The notes under the pieces: model-generated
Database searches by the model: none
Told to the model about the DNA's origin: nothing
Seen by the model: the letters and a program-made list of their open reading frames with translations, nothing else
Assembly (NCBI RefSeq): GCF_006345805.1
Contig: NW_021832766.1
Span: 1-32,628, forward strand
Direction: 5' to 3'
Origin: Octopus sinensis
Taxonomy: Eukaryota
DNA length: 32,628 nucleotides
Made by a program: the position numbers and the translations under genes
Part shown: one piece after another, positions 1-11,999 of the stretch
How the letters are laid out: every line of letters begins with the position of its first letter
Position numbering within the stretch: the stretch's first letter is position 1

Positions 1-454
1 TATCTGATAAATAAAAACAAAAAAACAAACGTTGATATGCTGTTTGAACCACCCAAGTTTAGCCCAGTAACCAGTGCCGTCGGTAATAAAGGTGCATTCA
101 ATCTTCACTATTTTTAATATTTGAAGGGTATATTTTATTTCAAGGCATGACAATACAATTTTCCGCGAGTTTCGAGTTCAGGTGGCTCTAACTTACGGCA
201 CCTAGTACTGAGCACTATCCAGAGTAATTACCGCTAGGGTAAATAGTCACACAGTCTAGTGAGACAATGACGAGAGAATAAAGGTATTCGAACTGAGAAT
301 GCTACGGTGCCAGCCTGTATCTTAATTGAAAAAACTTGCTCTTGACTCACGTTTTTAATGTCAATAATGAGGCTTCTGTGTGGTCGTTTCATTTGTTAGA
401 AAAGCCACCATATCTTACTCAAACAATGTTTTGTCCACTATCTATTAATCTATC

Positions 455-900
455 TTCTCCATCCACAGTTGCTGAGAGGGGAGCAGGACTAGAGTCCTCA
501 GGCACTACTTGTATAGGTCCTATCAGAGGCAACCACTGTTAGACTTTCTGGTGGGATTCTCAGGCCTGACCAAATAAAAGTGTGGATTTTATCTTACCAC
601 TCCATTCTTGGCGCGCATCAAGGGTTTCGACCGGTTGGCTTCGCTTCACGAATCCGTCTTGCGACTCTTTTCTGCAACATTCTAATCACATTTCTGCAGT
701 AGCAGGACTGTGATCTCTCAATGTGGAGAAGTAGTGACTCGGCCTGTCTAGTAACTTTATTCTAGACATCCTTCGGAAGAACCCCATTTCAGCCGCTCAT
801 ATTTTCTATTGTACTCTTTCGCTCGTTACCCAACATTTATGGCCATAGGTGAGGATAGGAACTAAAACTGAACTGAAGATAACAAGTTTCTTTTTTTTTA
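455..900 (-). mobile_element. RTE-clade (Rex3/Expander-like) non-LTR retrotransposon, decayed RT C-terminus
   Basis: Minus-strand translation with stops and a deletion: KLVIFSSVLVPILTYGHKCWVTSERVQ*KI*AAEMGFFRRM...ESLLLHIERSQ...RRIREAKPTGRNP*CAPRMEW...LIWSGLRIPPESL. This follows the RTE/Rex3 pattern VPTLTYGHE-W...AAEM-FLRR...LLL-IERSQLRW...PTGRRPRGRPR. Confidence 0.85.
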
Positions 901-989
901 TCAGCCTCTCTTCTTCTGAGGATCCAATGCCAGGATTGGTGGAATACTCTACCAGTATGTTTTTCAAGGAGACGAATTTATGAAAAACG

Positions 990-1013
990 GCAGCAGCAGC
1001 AACTACGGCCGGC

Positions 1014-1047
<34 letters not shown>

Positions 1048-1092
1048 GCAGCAGCAGTAGCAGCAGCAGCATCAACAGCAACAACAACAACA
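990..1092 (+). repeat. (CAA)n/(CAG)n microsatellite
   Basis: Direct inspection; it produces the poly-L ORF artefact at 806-1135. Confidence 0.95.
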
Positions 1093-1522
1093 ACTCACGG
1101 TCGTAAGACGCAGTTTCGATTCTCAGACAGGGCATTGTGAGTGTTTATTGAGCAAAAACACCTAAGCTCCGCGAGGCTCCGGCGGGGAGGGGTGGTGAAC
1201 CCCGCTGTACTCTTTCACCAAAACTTTCTGTGCTTCTTCCACAAAGCAGAGGAACGATGTTGTAACCCACTATGGTGTGGTAAACTTTCAGACCCTAGTA
1301 TAGATTGCAAATCCTCTGTACCCCAGGATGGTTCAGCTCTCCACCCGTTAAAAGACACCGTTTACGGAATGAGGATAACAATGCAGCTTTCGCGCCCGTG
1401 CAACCGCCAGTCTATCGCTTGTGGTGGGTGGATCTTCAAGTTGCCACATGCGTTCTTAATAGCTTAGAGTAGGCTCGAATTAGAGATTATTCCTTGTGGC
1501 TAATGGCGTGAGTCTTGATTGG
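1093..1522 (+). mobile_element. tRNA-derived SINE (Octopus OR-like, tRNA-Arg-type head), 5'-truncated
   Basis: B-box-like GTTTCGATTC near 1113. Colinear along its length with the inverted full-length copy at 30220-30704. Ends in GCGTGAGTCTTGATTGG followed by (GAA)n. Confidence 0.85.
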
Positions 1523-1986
1523 AAGAAGAAGAAGAAGAGAAGAAGAAGAAGGAGAAGAAGAAGAAGAAGGAGAAGAAGGAGAGGAGAAGAAGAAGAAGAC
1601 GAAGAAGAAGAAGAGAAGAAAAAAGAAGAAGAAGAGAAAAAGAAAAAGAAGAAGAAGAAGAAGAAGAGAAGGAGAAGAAGAAGGAGAAGAAGAAGAAGAA
1701 AAATAGAGAAGAAGAAGAAGAAGAGAAGAAGAAGAAGAAGAAGAAGAAGGAGAAGAAAAAGGAGAAGGAGAAGAAAAGAAGAAGAAGAAGAAAAAGGAGA
1801 AGAATGATGAGGAGAAAAGAAGAAGAAGAAGAAGAAGAAGAAGAAGAAGAGGAGAGGAGAAGAAGAAGAAGAAGAAGAAGAAAAAGAAGAAGAAGAAGAA
1901 GAAGAAGAAGGAGAAGAAGAAGAAGAAGAAGAAGAAGGAGAAGAAGGAGAAGAAGAAGAAGAAGAAGAAGAAGAAGAAGAAGAAGA
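1522..1986 (+). repeat. Long interrupted (GAA)n/(GGA)n purine tract
   Basis: About 465 bp with no pyrimidine runs, contiguous with the SINE 3' end. Source of the poly-E/K/R and poly-S/L/F ORFs. Confidence 0.95.
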
Positions 1987-2373
1987 CAACAACAAAAAGA
2001 TGACTACGGCGATAACAAAAATAACAACAGTAAAAGAATACCACCACCACCATATGCATCAGGTACTTTTCATGTTATATTTAATTTCACGGGATGTAAG
2101 TCAAAATTGCATCTTCCTGTGATTTGAACTCAGAACATAGGTGACTTAACCGGATAAAGCATACAGCAGTATTCATTTGAGATTTGCATCGCCCTAACCT
2201 TTTGACCAGCCTTTTAGTTTCCAAAATGGAAATGTATGGTTCATGTCTTTCGCAACTGTATAAGCACATTCCCTAAAGGGATGTAATTTTGTTAGCAGTG
2301 TACCGGAAGCCGGAAATGTTTTTTCTTGCAATGAGGCATTTAAAATCTCGGCTCTTGAATGGAGATGAGAAAC

Positions 2374-2408
<35 letters not shown>

Positions 2409-2412
<4 letters not shown>

Positions 2413-2762
2413 TCCGTAATAATGAAGGGTGAAATTAATTAATTTGGAAAATTATCAATTACACCAAGTAGTCTTCGGCATGTAAAAGCCTCATTCGAGG
2501 AAAATTTAAGTAATACTAAGCAATAAAGGGTTTAGCAACGAGTTGCCTTACCACATACCGAATTTAGAAATAGCAGTCAAAGGGTTATAGCTATTTTTCT
2601 ACTAAAAAGGGAGATCTCAGTAAAAACAGCATTTGGAAATTTCCAAATGCTGTTTTTTACTGAGATCTCCCTTTTTAGTAGAAGATAGCTATAACCCTTT
2701 GACTGCTATTTCTAAATTCGGTATGTGTGGTAAGGCAACTCGTTGCTAAACCCTTATGCTAG

Positions 2763-2763
<1 letters not shown>
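2409..2763. repeat. Interspersed repeat inside (TA)n containing a spacer-less ~230-bp palindrome
   Basis: 2526-2639 is the near-perfect reverse complement of 2640-2755 (centre TTTGGAAA|TTTCCAAA). (TA)n lies on both sides. A diverged single-arm relative is at 25543-25605. Confidence 0.85.
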
Positions 2764-2793
<30 letters not shown>

Positions 2794-2984
2794 AGCAAAT
2801 AAAATATGAAGTGAAAAAATAGAAAGAAAAATGGAAAACAGTAGAAATCGTTTCTGAACCGTGTCTGAAACAATTTCCTCTTGATATGAAATCAAATACA
2901 ACACCAAAACTAATACATGCACATTCTTTGTTTTCCTGTAAGCTTGGCACCGAAGACTGGATTTATGCATGCATAAATAAATGC

Positions 2985-3103
2985 ATTCACAAACAGATAC
3001 ACATGCATAGATTTATATACACACATATACGTATGTATAGAGATAATGTAAATAAAAGCATATACGCATATATGTGTATGCACATACGAATATGTTTCGG
3101 CAC

Positions 3104-3147
<44 letters not shown>

Positions 3148-3155
3148 TATATATA

Positions 3156-3203
<48 letters not shown>

Positions 3204-3232
3204 TATATATATATCTATATATATATATATAG

Positions 3233-3287
<55 letters not shown>

Positions 3288-3298
3288 GATATATATAT

Positions 3299-3344
<46 letters not shown>

Positions 3345-3365
3345 ATACATATTTATACACGTATA
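2985..3365. repeat. (TA)n-dominated compound microsatellite
   Basis: Direct inspection. Confidence 0.95.
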
Positions 3366-3909
3366 TACAAACACATATTGTTTTATGTCATTATTATTCA
3401 TGATAAATTATATTTGAGTATACAAACAAGAGGAGATATGAACTAAAAATATCTTGTAAAGAGAATATGGCTCTTGCTTCTAATACATAAATACATAAAT
3501 ACATACATACATACATGCATTCATGCATGCCTGCATACATGCAAACACACACACACGCATGCGCACTTACATATGTATGCATGCAAAGGCACACATATAG
3601 ATCATGCAGATAAAGATATCACCGATTTGAAATGTTTCCGGTTATGTTATTTTGAGGATGGTTAGCCATGTATGGAACTGTTAAATCATGGAAATTATGT
3701 GTAAAAATCAACCTGACTATGAGTGTAAAGAGAAAAAAAGCGACAAAAAAAATGTATGATTTTATTTTTATAGTTAGCAGAAGAGAAAAACAGTGTGAAG
3801 AATATTTGAAGTCTGAAAAAAGTAGATATGAATAAATATTGCTTATTAAGTGCGGATTTTACCACGATGGTGGATGTTTAAAAAAATACTATATGTGTAT
3901 CATTTCAGA

Positions 3910-3938
3910 ATACACACACACACACACAACACACACAC

Positions 3939-4001
<63 letters not shown>

Positions 4002-4078
4002 CATACATACATACATACATATATGTATAAACACACATATATTCACACATATGCATATACACACAAACATATACATGC

Positions 4079-4133
<55 letters not shown>

Positions 4134-4310
4134 GTAATATATATACATATATATATATAAATGTATGTAATAGATACATACATATAATATATAATATATA
4201 TATATGTATGTATGTAGGTATATATGTGTGTATATATGCAGGCATTCACACATACACATGCACATATATATGCATATATATACATGTCAATATATACATA
4301 CGCACACATA
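3910..4310. repeat. (CA)n/(TA)n/(TACA)n compound microsatellite
   Basis: Direct inspection. Confidence 0.95.
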
Positions 4311-4591
4311 TTTTAAAAATGTCTTTAATCATTTGTTATTAATGAAAATAGTTTGAAGCAAACTTAGATTGTAAACAAGAAACGAAAACTATTATATAAC
4401 AAAATATTTTACGCAAAATGCTAGACACTGCCGAAGATCTACACGGGGATTAAAAAACACATGCTTGGAGACGGACACCTCAGGTTTTTTTCTCAGATTA
4501 TCTGATGAGACTTTACTGAGGTGTGGCCAAAAAGCATGATAGATCCATGATTGTCACAAACAAAATAGAAATATGACAATTAAGTAATTCT

Positions 4592-4924
4592 GTAACCCCC
4601 TTTGGTCACGACACTGACCATGGGATTGCACCTAGAAAGTTACACTCCCAGGCACAAGTCCGATCAAGGTTGTTTATGGCAGACCAGCAGTTGCCCATGC
4701 ACACCGGCCTCCCCTCTCCCCGCCACCAGTGTTATCCAAGGGAAAGGCAAAGGTCGATACAGCTTGGCACCTGTGACGTCGCAACTCATTTCTACAGCTG
4801 AGTGAACTAGAGCAACGTGAAATAAAGTGCCTTGCTCAAGAACACAACGCGCATCCCGGTCCGGGATTCGAGCTCACAACCTCACGATCGTAAGCTCGAC
4901 GCTCTAACCACTGAGCCATGCGCC
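4592..4924 (-). mobile_element. tRNA-derived SINE with CORE-like central domain
   Basis: Minus strand begins GGCGCATGGCTCAGTGGTTAGAGCG (A box) and has GAGCTCGAATCCC (B box). It continues GTGTTCTTGAGCAAGGCACTTT...CAGCTGTAGAAATGAG, resembling the CORE-SINE motif CTTGGGCAAGTCACTT...CTGTAAAATGGG. Confidence 0.8.
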
Positions 4925-5140
4925 AGCTGATTATGGTTTAAGTTGTTGTGAATATCTTACGCTTGACACGCAACCGTGTATTAATAACATAGAGGCGGAT
5001 TGTAATATTTTAACTGTAGTGATTCCATGCCTCCTCGTATTGAGGCAAAATGTGAGGATATGAATATAGAAACGGAATGGACCTAAGGACATACTGCAGG
5101 TCAGTTTATCTGACATTCTGCTGATTCTGCACGGTAGTAG

Positions 5141-5224
5141 CCACCACCGCCACCGCCACCGCCGCCACCACTGCCGCCACCACTGCCGCCGCCGCCGCCA
5201 CCACCACCACCACCACCACCACCA
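5141..5224. repeat. (CCA)n/(CCG)n triplet repeat
   Basis: Direct inspection. Confidence 0.9.
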
Positions 5225-5637
5225 TCGTCTTCATGGTGGTGCTTGTTAAAAAAAAAGAATTTTTATTGTCAATATAGCTTTTAGTTTTGTAGAATGTTAG
5301 ATTTAATACATTATGTCTTGTTGCGACTAGTTAAGTTCTCACTTGAAGCCACACTTCCTGAAAGTCGATAATATAATAACAGTACTTCTATCATCAGTAA
5401 AAGTTTGAGAAATGTTGTCGATGTCGGTAATCATTATCTTTATATAACCCCATGTGGTCAGAGAGGTGCTTGGCAGAACCAGCAGATTGTCATATTTCAG
5501 CAGCATTTAAGCTAACCCTTTGCCTAAACGGCCATGCTTCTTTTCAGGCTTTTAGTTAGCACTTGTTTCATACTATAAAGCTTTCCTTTGATAAATCCAG
5601 TTTTTTGGTTGAAATAAATTGGTTTTGTGTATCATAT

Positions 5638-5782
5638 TATTTCCTTATTGCCCACAAGGGGCTAAACATAGAGGGGACAAAGACAGACAAACGGATTAAG
5701 TCGATTACATCGACCCCAGTGCGTAACTGGTACTTAATTTATCGACCCCGAAAGGATGAAAAGCAAAGTCGACCTCGGCGGA
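5638..5782 (-). mobile_element. Major octopus tRNA-SINE (Meta/MESC-like core), 5'-truncated, tail type A
   Basis: CCCACAAGGGGCTAAACATAGAGGGGAC tail plus ATCGACCCCGAAAGGATGAAA-GCAAAGTCGACCTCGGCGG body, shared with many copies in the window. Confidence 0.85.
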
Positions 5783-6753
5783 TAAATTGGAAATGTGTAT
5801 CATATATGATGCATGGGCTCCAGGGAAATATATCCTGTATATCACGTGATATGTAAGAGAGAGAAAGGGTCAGCTTACGTCCCATTAGTTTCTTCTTCAA
5901 ATCCCACAGGCATCAGTTTTTACTTTCTATTTTTCTGGTGCAAAATAAATACCAATTAAATACCAATTTGACCATACTGTGGTCGTTTGGTCAAATTGTT
6001 ATTCACCGATATCCTTCTGTTAAACTTTATGGCTCTGTACCAATGCTAAAAAAGCGTCAATATTATTTCTCTTAGATCAATACCACCTCTGCAATTTCTG
6101 TCTAACAACCTACTTTAGTTCATAACTATCATGTAGAAATATTTTTATTTGTCAAGCACTTTAATAATAAATAAATATATGAACATTTTATGAGCATCTT
6201 ATGTCTGCAAGAAGGAAATGTTTTTCTTTATTTCTTATCACGTAAGAATATTCTTTAATCTTGGTTCTTTTTCTAGCGTAAACACATTTTCTATAAAATA
6301 TTCATATAATTGTTTAAAACATTATTTCTATATAGTTGTGGCTTATATGAAAATTGGAAACAAATGTTTAGATATCTTAAGCTTTAAGGGGCTTTCATAA
6401 GGGCTGATAAATAACTACGGTGTTTAAAAATTATTACAAAACAAAAAACTATAACTCCCAATTTTTGGGTGTGCCTTGAGAGTCATTAAATTCACAATTC
6501 TGTTTTTGTTTCCGAAACGTTTGTCTTTTGAGATAGTGTAAAGGTTGTAATAGAAGTATAGTCTTAGAAGAGAATGTCTTTGAAAACTATATCCTTTGTT
6601 TTATCCTTTATTCTTTGTTTTGTAGAACGAAACCAAAGACTTTACTTTACCGACCTCGGCAAGATTTGAACTCAGAACATAAAAACATATCGCAGGGTAT
6701 TTTCTCCGACCTGTAACGATTCTACTGATCCGTTACCTAAACTTAACAATATT

Positions 6754-7198
6754 CTTTTCTACTCAAGGTACAAGGCCCGAAATTTTGGGGGAGGGATCCA
6801 GTCGATTAGATCGACCCCAGTGTGCAACTGGTACTTAATTTATCGACCCCGAAAGGATGAAAGGCAAAGTCGACCTTGGCGGAATTTGAACTCAGAACGA
6901 CAGACGAAATACCTATTTCTTTACTACCCACAAGGACAAACAAGGACAGACAAACGGTTTAAGTCGAGCGTAACTGGTACTTAATCTATCGATCCCGAAA
7001 GGATGAAAGACAAAGTCGACCACAGCGGAATTTGAACTCAGAACATAACGGCAGACGAAATGCCTGTTTCTTTACTACCCACAAGGGGCTAAACACAGAG
7101 AGGACAAACAATGACAGACAAACGGATTAAGTCGATTAGATGAAATACCGATAAGCATTTCGCACGAGGTGCTAACGTTTCTGCCAGCTCGCCGGCTT
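6754..7198 (-). mobile_element. Head-to-tail trimer of the major SINE, flanked by a 17-bp TSD
   Basis: Three partial units with junctions at 6912|6913 and 7063|7064. TSD CTAAAC(T/A)TAACAATATT at 6737-6753 and 7199-7215 (one mismatch). Confidence 0.85.
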
Positions 7199-7821
7199 CT
7201 AAACATAACAATATTGAATTCATTTTGTGTCTGCTTTTCCATACCTGCTTTTGTTATTGTCGTTGTTATTGTGTAGCCACCGGCTAGCCTTGATTGAGCA
7301 GACCTATGATCAAAGATATGTCAGTCGTCACAGCAACGTCTTTTTCACCCGAAGACAGATTCCAGAACTACCGTGTTCAACTTTTTGATTTTTTAAAGAG
7401 GTGGAGTGTAATCGGAGGGCAATTTTACTGCTATTTCTAGCAGCTGAAGCTCCCACGTATAGACTCCTTCTTTGGCTCCTACCATATCAACCATTCCCAC
7501 TACCGCACGTCGTTTCCACTGTATTAACCAGTCAGTTAACACTTCGTTTATGAAATTGTCAGCCAAGTGAAAAGGACGAGTCTTACAGATCATTGTAATC
7601 AGAACGTATTAATTAAGTCCTCGATTTAGAATGCTGCAAATTATCGATAAATAAATCAATGTGAGAAAACTAATTAGCTTAGTTATCATTCATTTCATTA
7701 ATATGTAAATTTCTTTCCGAGAATAGCCATGATAAATATTCTATAGGAAAACCTTTGATATCAAATATAATTACTTCTAATGCTAACCTGAACTTTAAAA
7801 TCAATTCTTAGAATATTCAGT

Positions 7822-7822
<1 letters not shown>

Positions 7823-7905
<83 letters not shown>

Positions 7906-8200
7906 AAACACAAACACACAACACACGCATACAAACATACACACGCACATAAAATACACACGCATCCATCTATCTATCTATCCATCCTTACATGTATAGT
8001 TTCATACATACATATATACATACGCACACATAGATATACACACATACATACACACATACATACATACATACATACATACATACATACATACATACACACA
8101 TACACACATGCATACATACATACATACATACATACATACACACACACATACATACATACATACATACATACATACATACATACATACATACATACTATAT
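7823..8200. repeat. (CA)n followed by (TACA)n microsatellites
   Basis: Direct inspection. Confidence 0.95.
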
Positions 8201-8551
8201 ACTTATGTACATACGCGCATATATGCATACATACATGTGCATGTACACACATGGATGCATGCAGCAAGCATTTAAACATGCTTACTTATGTACATACATA
8301 CGTGGATGCAGACAGCATACATATAAACATGCTTAGATACAATGGATCTCCGTCGGTTTCGAGGATAAGCGTTCAGTTGCTCACTCAACTGAACTACTTA
8401 CACAATAAATTAGAGGCCATGTGACATGGCCTGGTCTTGGAATTACAAATACGGTGTGTATGTACGTGTATGTGTGTGTGTGTGTGTGTGTGCGTGTGCA
8501 TGGTATGTATGTATGTGAAATAAGTTCAGGATTTTGTTGTGTATTTCATTC

Positions 8552-9290
8552 ATATTTCTTTACTACCCGCAAGGGGCTACACACAGAGGGGACAAACAAG
8601 GACAGACAAACAGATTAAGCCGATTACATCGGCCCCAGTGCGTAACTGGTACTTGATTTATGGACCCCGAAACGTGCTAACGTTTCTTATTTCTTTATTG
8701 CTCACAAGAGGCTAAACATAGAGGGGACAAACAAGGACAGGCAAACGGATTAAATCGATTACATCGACTCCAGTGCGTATCTGGTACTTAATTTATTGAC
8801 CCCGAAAGGATGACAGGCAATGTCGACCTCGGCGGAATTTGAACTCAGAACGTAAAAACAGACGAAATACCTATTTCTTTACTACCCACAAGGGGCTACA
8901 CAGAGGGGACAAACAAGGACAGACAAACAGATTAAGTCGATTATATCGAATCAGTGCGTAACTGGTACTTAATTTATCGACCCCGAAAGGATGAAAGGCA
9001 AAGTCAACCGCGGGGAAATTTGAACTCAGAACGTAACAGCAGACGAAATACCTATTTCTATTTCTTTACTACCCACAAGGGGCAAAACACAGAGAGGACA
9101 AACAAGGACAGACAAAGGGATTAAGTCGATTATATCGACCCCAGTGCGTAACTGGTACTTATTTAATCGACCTCGAAAGGATGAAAGGCAAAGTCGACCT
9201 CGGCGGAATTTGAACTCACAACGTAACAGCAGAAGAAATACGGCTACGCATTTCGCCCGGCGTGCTAACGTTTCTGCCAGCTCGCCGCCT
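8552..9290 (-). mobile_element. Head-to-tail tetramer of the major SINE, flanked by an 18-19-bp TSD
   Basis: Four units; only the rightmost keeps the full tRNA head (AGGCGGCGAGCTGGCAGAAACG, B box GAGTTCAAATTCC). TSD TTTGTTGTGTATTTCATTC at 8533-8551 and 9290-9308. Confidence 0.9.
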
Positions 9291-9790
9291 TTGTTGTGTA
9301 TTTCATTCTGACAGGACAGTTTGTCTATAAAGTCAGTTTATTAGAATGTAAGGTAAACATCTTTGTTTCCTTTGTAGAGGGGAATCAAATCTTATCCAGA
9401 AAATCTTTATTCACACATACTCTAGGGATCATATAACCTAATACATTCTTCTTCCTTCGTTTAATGAACGTTGCCTGTGATATGAAAGAAATTTAGCTGC
9501 TATATCTAGCCGCCATTTTTTTTGTGTCTGTGCAGGCATAAAACATCCAATACTCATATTGTTCCATGCGTCTTTCCTTTTACAATGGTCAGATGTATGT
9601 GATGTGAGGGAGATATAGTTGCTATTTTATAGTATAAAGAATGAAGTGATATTCTGTGTACTGTCTTCTATGGTGTGTTAAATGATTTTTTCTATTTTCC
9701 TGCCTTCTCTCACACATACAAATGTTTTTTCAAGTAAGCTGGTGAGAATATTTGATCCGTAAAATACTAATTTGTCAGATAAATTCGTTC

Positions 9791-10239
9791 GCTATTACTG
9801 AAAGAATTGCACAGAAATGGTTCTTACGCTTCATGGAGGAGAAATTCGAACTCACGGACACTTCGCATTCGTTTAGCATATTCACCGGCTCAATGAGGCA
9901 GTCCAGCTGAAACGACTCTTCCACCGACAAGACATGCGTCTTCAACATGACAAACACTTGCCTCCAGGTTCCGAAAATGCCATTTAGGTATTGGGTTGGA
10001 TAGTTGTACTGCATCCACCGTATTCTGCTGATATAATCGCCTTCAGATTATCCTCCCGCAGTCTAGGAGGTGTTTCACTCAACAACGATGAAGTGTTGAA
10101 GACGTGGCTCGATGAATTCTTCATCGAGCCACGTGATACCTATCGAAGACCCGGTGACACCTTTCATCAAAGCATTGACAGCTTAGCGGAACATTAGCAA
10201 GAATACGGAAGTAATGAAGGAGAATATATTATTGACTGA
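9791..10239 (+). mobile_element. Mariner transposase remnant, internally deleted and frameshifted
   Basis: AITERIAQKWFLRF (helix-turn-helix region) is joined to HRLNEAVQLKR...LQHD, then LGWIVVLHPPYSADI (degenerate YSPDL motif), LKTWLDEFF and EGEYIID*. Confidence 0.85.
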
Positions 10240-11449
10240 TTTCTTAAAATTGTTGATGAAAAGATAAGGATTAAAATAAATGAAAAAAAAAAAAATATTA
10301 CGAACGATTACATCTGTCTTGAAACAAAAATCGTATTGTTTTGGAAGACTAATATTTTCCTGATAATAAAAATCACACTCAAATTGCTATCATTCACTTG
10401 TATTTTTTAAAATTTCTTCCCGTATTTCCTCAGGCATATGAAAATCATTTCGCTACACATCAATAACTGTTCACTGATTTCAGTCGCTTCGAGTGAATTT
10501 TCAAGCGATCGATTATTATGTGATGGTCTGTTATTTATTTACTTAATTACTTGTTGACCTATTTTCTCTTTTTATTGGTCTTATATTCGTGGTCAAGTCA
10601 GAACAGAAAAATTTATATTTTTGCAGATCAAAGTTGTGAGCAGAGTGGTTAAGGTGCCTTCTTACTCCCTTTTTCAAATCGGTCGGTATCTCTATGAACA
10701 CACACACACACACACACATACACACAGGCGCGCTCACGCACACATGTACACCCATGAACGGGGAAAAGACGCTTCTAAAATTGTATGCGATATGAATGTC
10801 AGAATAGTGTTCAGGCTACTCCAGACTCTTAAAAGCCAACATCTTAATCAGGTTAAAACAGTTCCTCGGAAGGAGTTGGCTATAAGAAATATGTAACTCG
10901 AGTGTATCATAAAGAAACAAAAGATGGAGAAGCACTCATATATAACATTAAATTATTTACAAAAAACGTTATATAAAAAAAACAGATAAAATATATGGTG
11001 AAGAATTTTCGAAACAGCTGTAAAGAAATATCGAGAGCTGTATTTTTCCCTCACTGATTATATTTATATTTACGTTTATGTAACATCCTCTACATATGTT
11101 ACATCTATGTTTTTACATGTTTATACATGTTTAGCAAGATTCTTGATGTAGACACCTGTGTTGAAACAAATATTATTATATTTGTGGATGGTCATTTTTT
11201 TCCAGTAAACACACGTACTGTTTATTTGATCTTCACTTTAGCATTATCATTATTATTAGTTTATTTGTCAGAGTTCTTTCATCACACAATCTGAGACCTC
11301 TTCAATGAAAATGACTCTCCCCAGACACAACAAAATATGCTTCAACACACGAACCCACATAAAGAATCTTGTAAACCAAATCCAAAAATGAAATATAATT
11401 ATCAATTGTTTATAATACGTCCACCGTAATGTAGTTTTACATTACTTTT

Positions 11450-11490
<41 letters not shown>

Positions 11491-11697
11491 TCCTTCTAGA
11501 TTAGACGTATTTAGTATGTCGCAGAAATTTAAGCGCCAATTGTGCGAGCGTTTTGTGAGGTCATTTCATTGGTGACTATTTTAGCCAATGGCAATGTACC
11601 ATGCTGGTGTCTGGTTTGAAACAGCAACTGATCAATAAGTGTTTTGTCAATCTAACAACGTCACTATGTTTACAACTTATACAGAGATTGTGCGTGC

Positions 11698-11730
<33 letters not shown>

Positions 11731-11769
11731 TGTGTGTGTGTGTGTGCGTGTGTGTGTGCAAAGAAATAC

Positions 11770-11999
11770 CTATTTCTTTACTACCCACAAGGGGCTAAAC
11801 ATAGAGGGGACAAACAAGGATAGACAAAGGGTTTAAGTCGATTACATCGACCCCAGTGCGTAACTGGTTCTTAATTTATCGACCCCGAAAGGATGAAAGG
11901 CAAAGTCAACCTCGGCGGAATTTGAACTCAGAATGTAACGGCAGACGAAATACGGCTACGCATTTCGCCCGGCGTGCTAACGTTTCTGCCAGCTCGCCG
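11770..11999 (-). mobile_element. Major SINE, near full-length monomer, tail type A
   Basis: Head, body and tail all present. Its 3' end abuts AAAGAAATAC, the same junction sequence seen in the multimers. Confidence 0.9.

Noticed and set aside
1480-2127. Long ORFs on both strands (up to 202 aa; poly-E/K/R, poly-S/L/F)
   Set aside because: Translations of the stop-free (GAA)n tract; no coding complexity.
4497-4540. Hammerhead-like motif CTGATGA-GAC...GCC-AAAA-GCATG
   Set aside because: The GAAA core is mutated, stem II is imperfect and there is no convincing stem I; at best a dead relic.
7057-7070. Two A-to-G changes in one SINE junction as a signature of ADAR-edited template
   Set aside because: Only two sites, on the strand opposite the SINE RNA; compatible with ordinary transitions.
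7393-7593. 66-aa minus-strand ORF
   Set aside because: Half of it overlaps decayed repeat sequence; no motif or splice context.
8552-9290. Repeated ~180-bp units as a CRISPR array or satellite
   Set aside because: There is no repeat-spacer alternation, the units are SINE bodies and the context is eukaryotic.
9325-9362. 38-nt exon candidate (GQFVYKVSLLECK); similar candidates at 10434 and 10627
   Set aside because: Short, with marginal donors and no independent support or phase chain.
11262-11310. Minus-strand hammerhead-like motif TTGAAGA-GGTC...GAAA-GAACTC
   Set aside because: C3 is changed, stem II is broken and there is no valid cleavage triplet.
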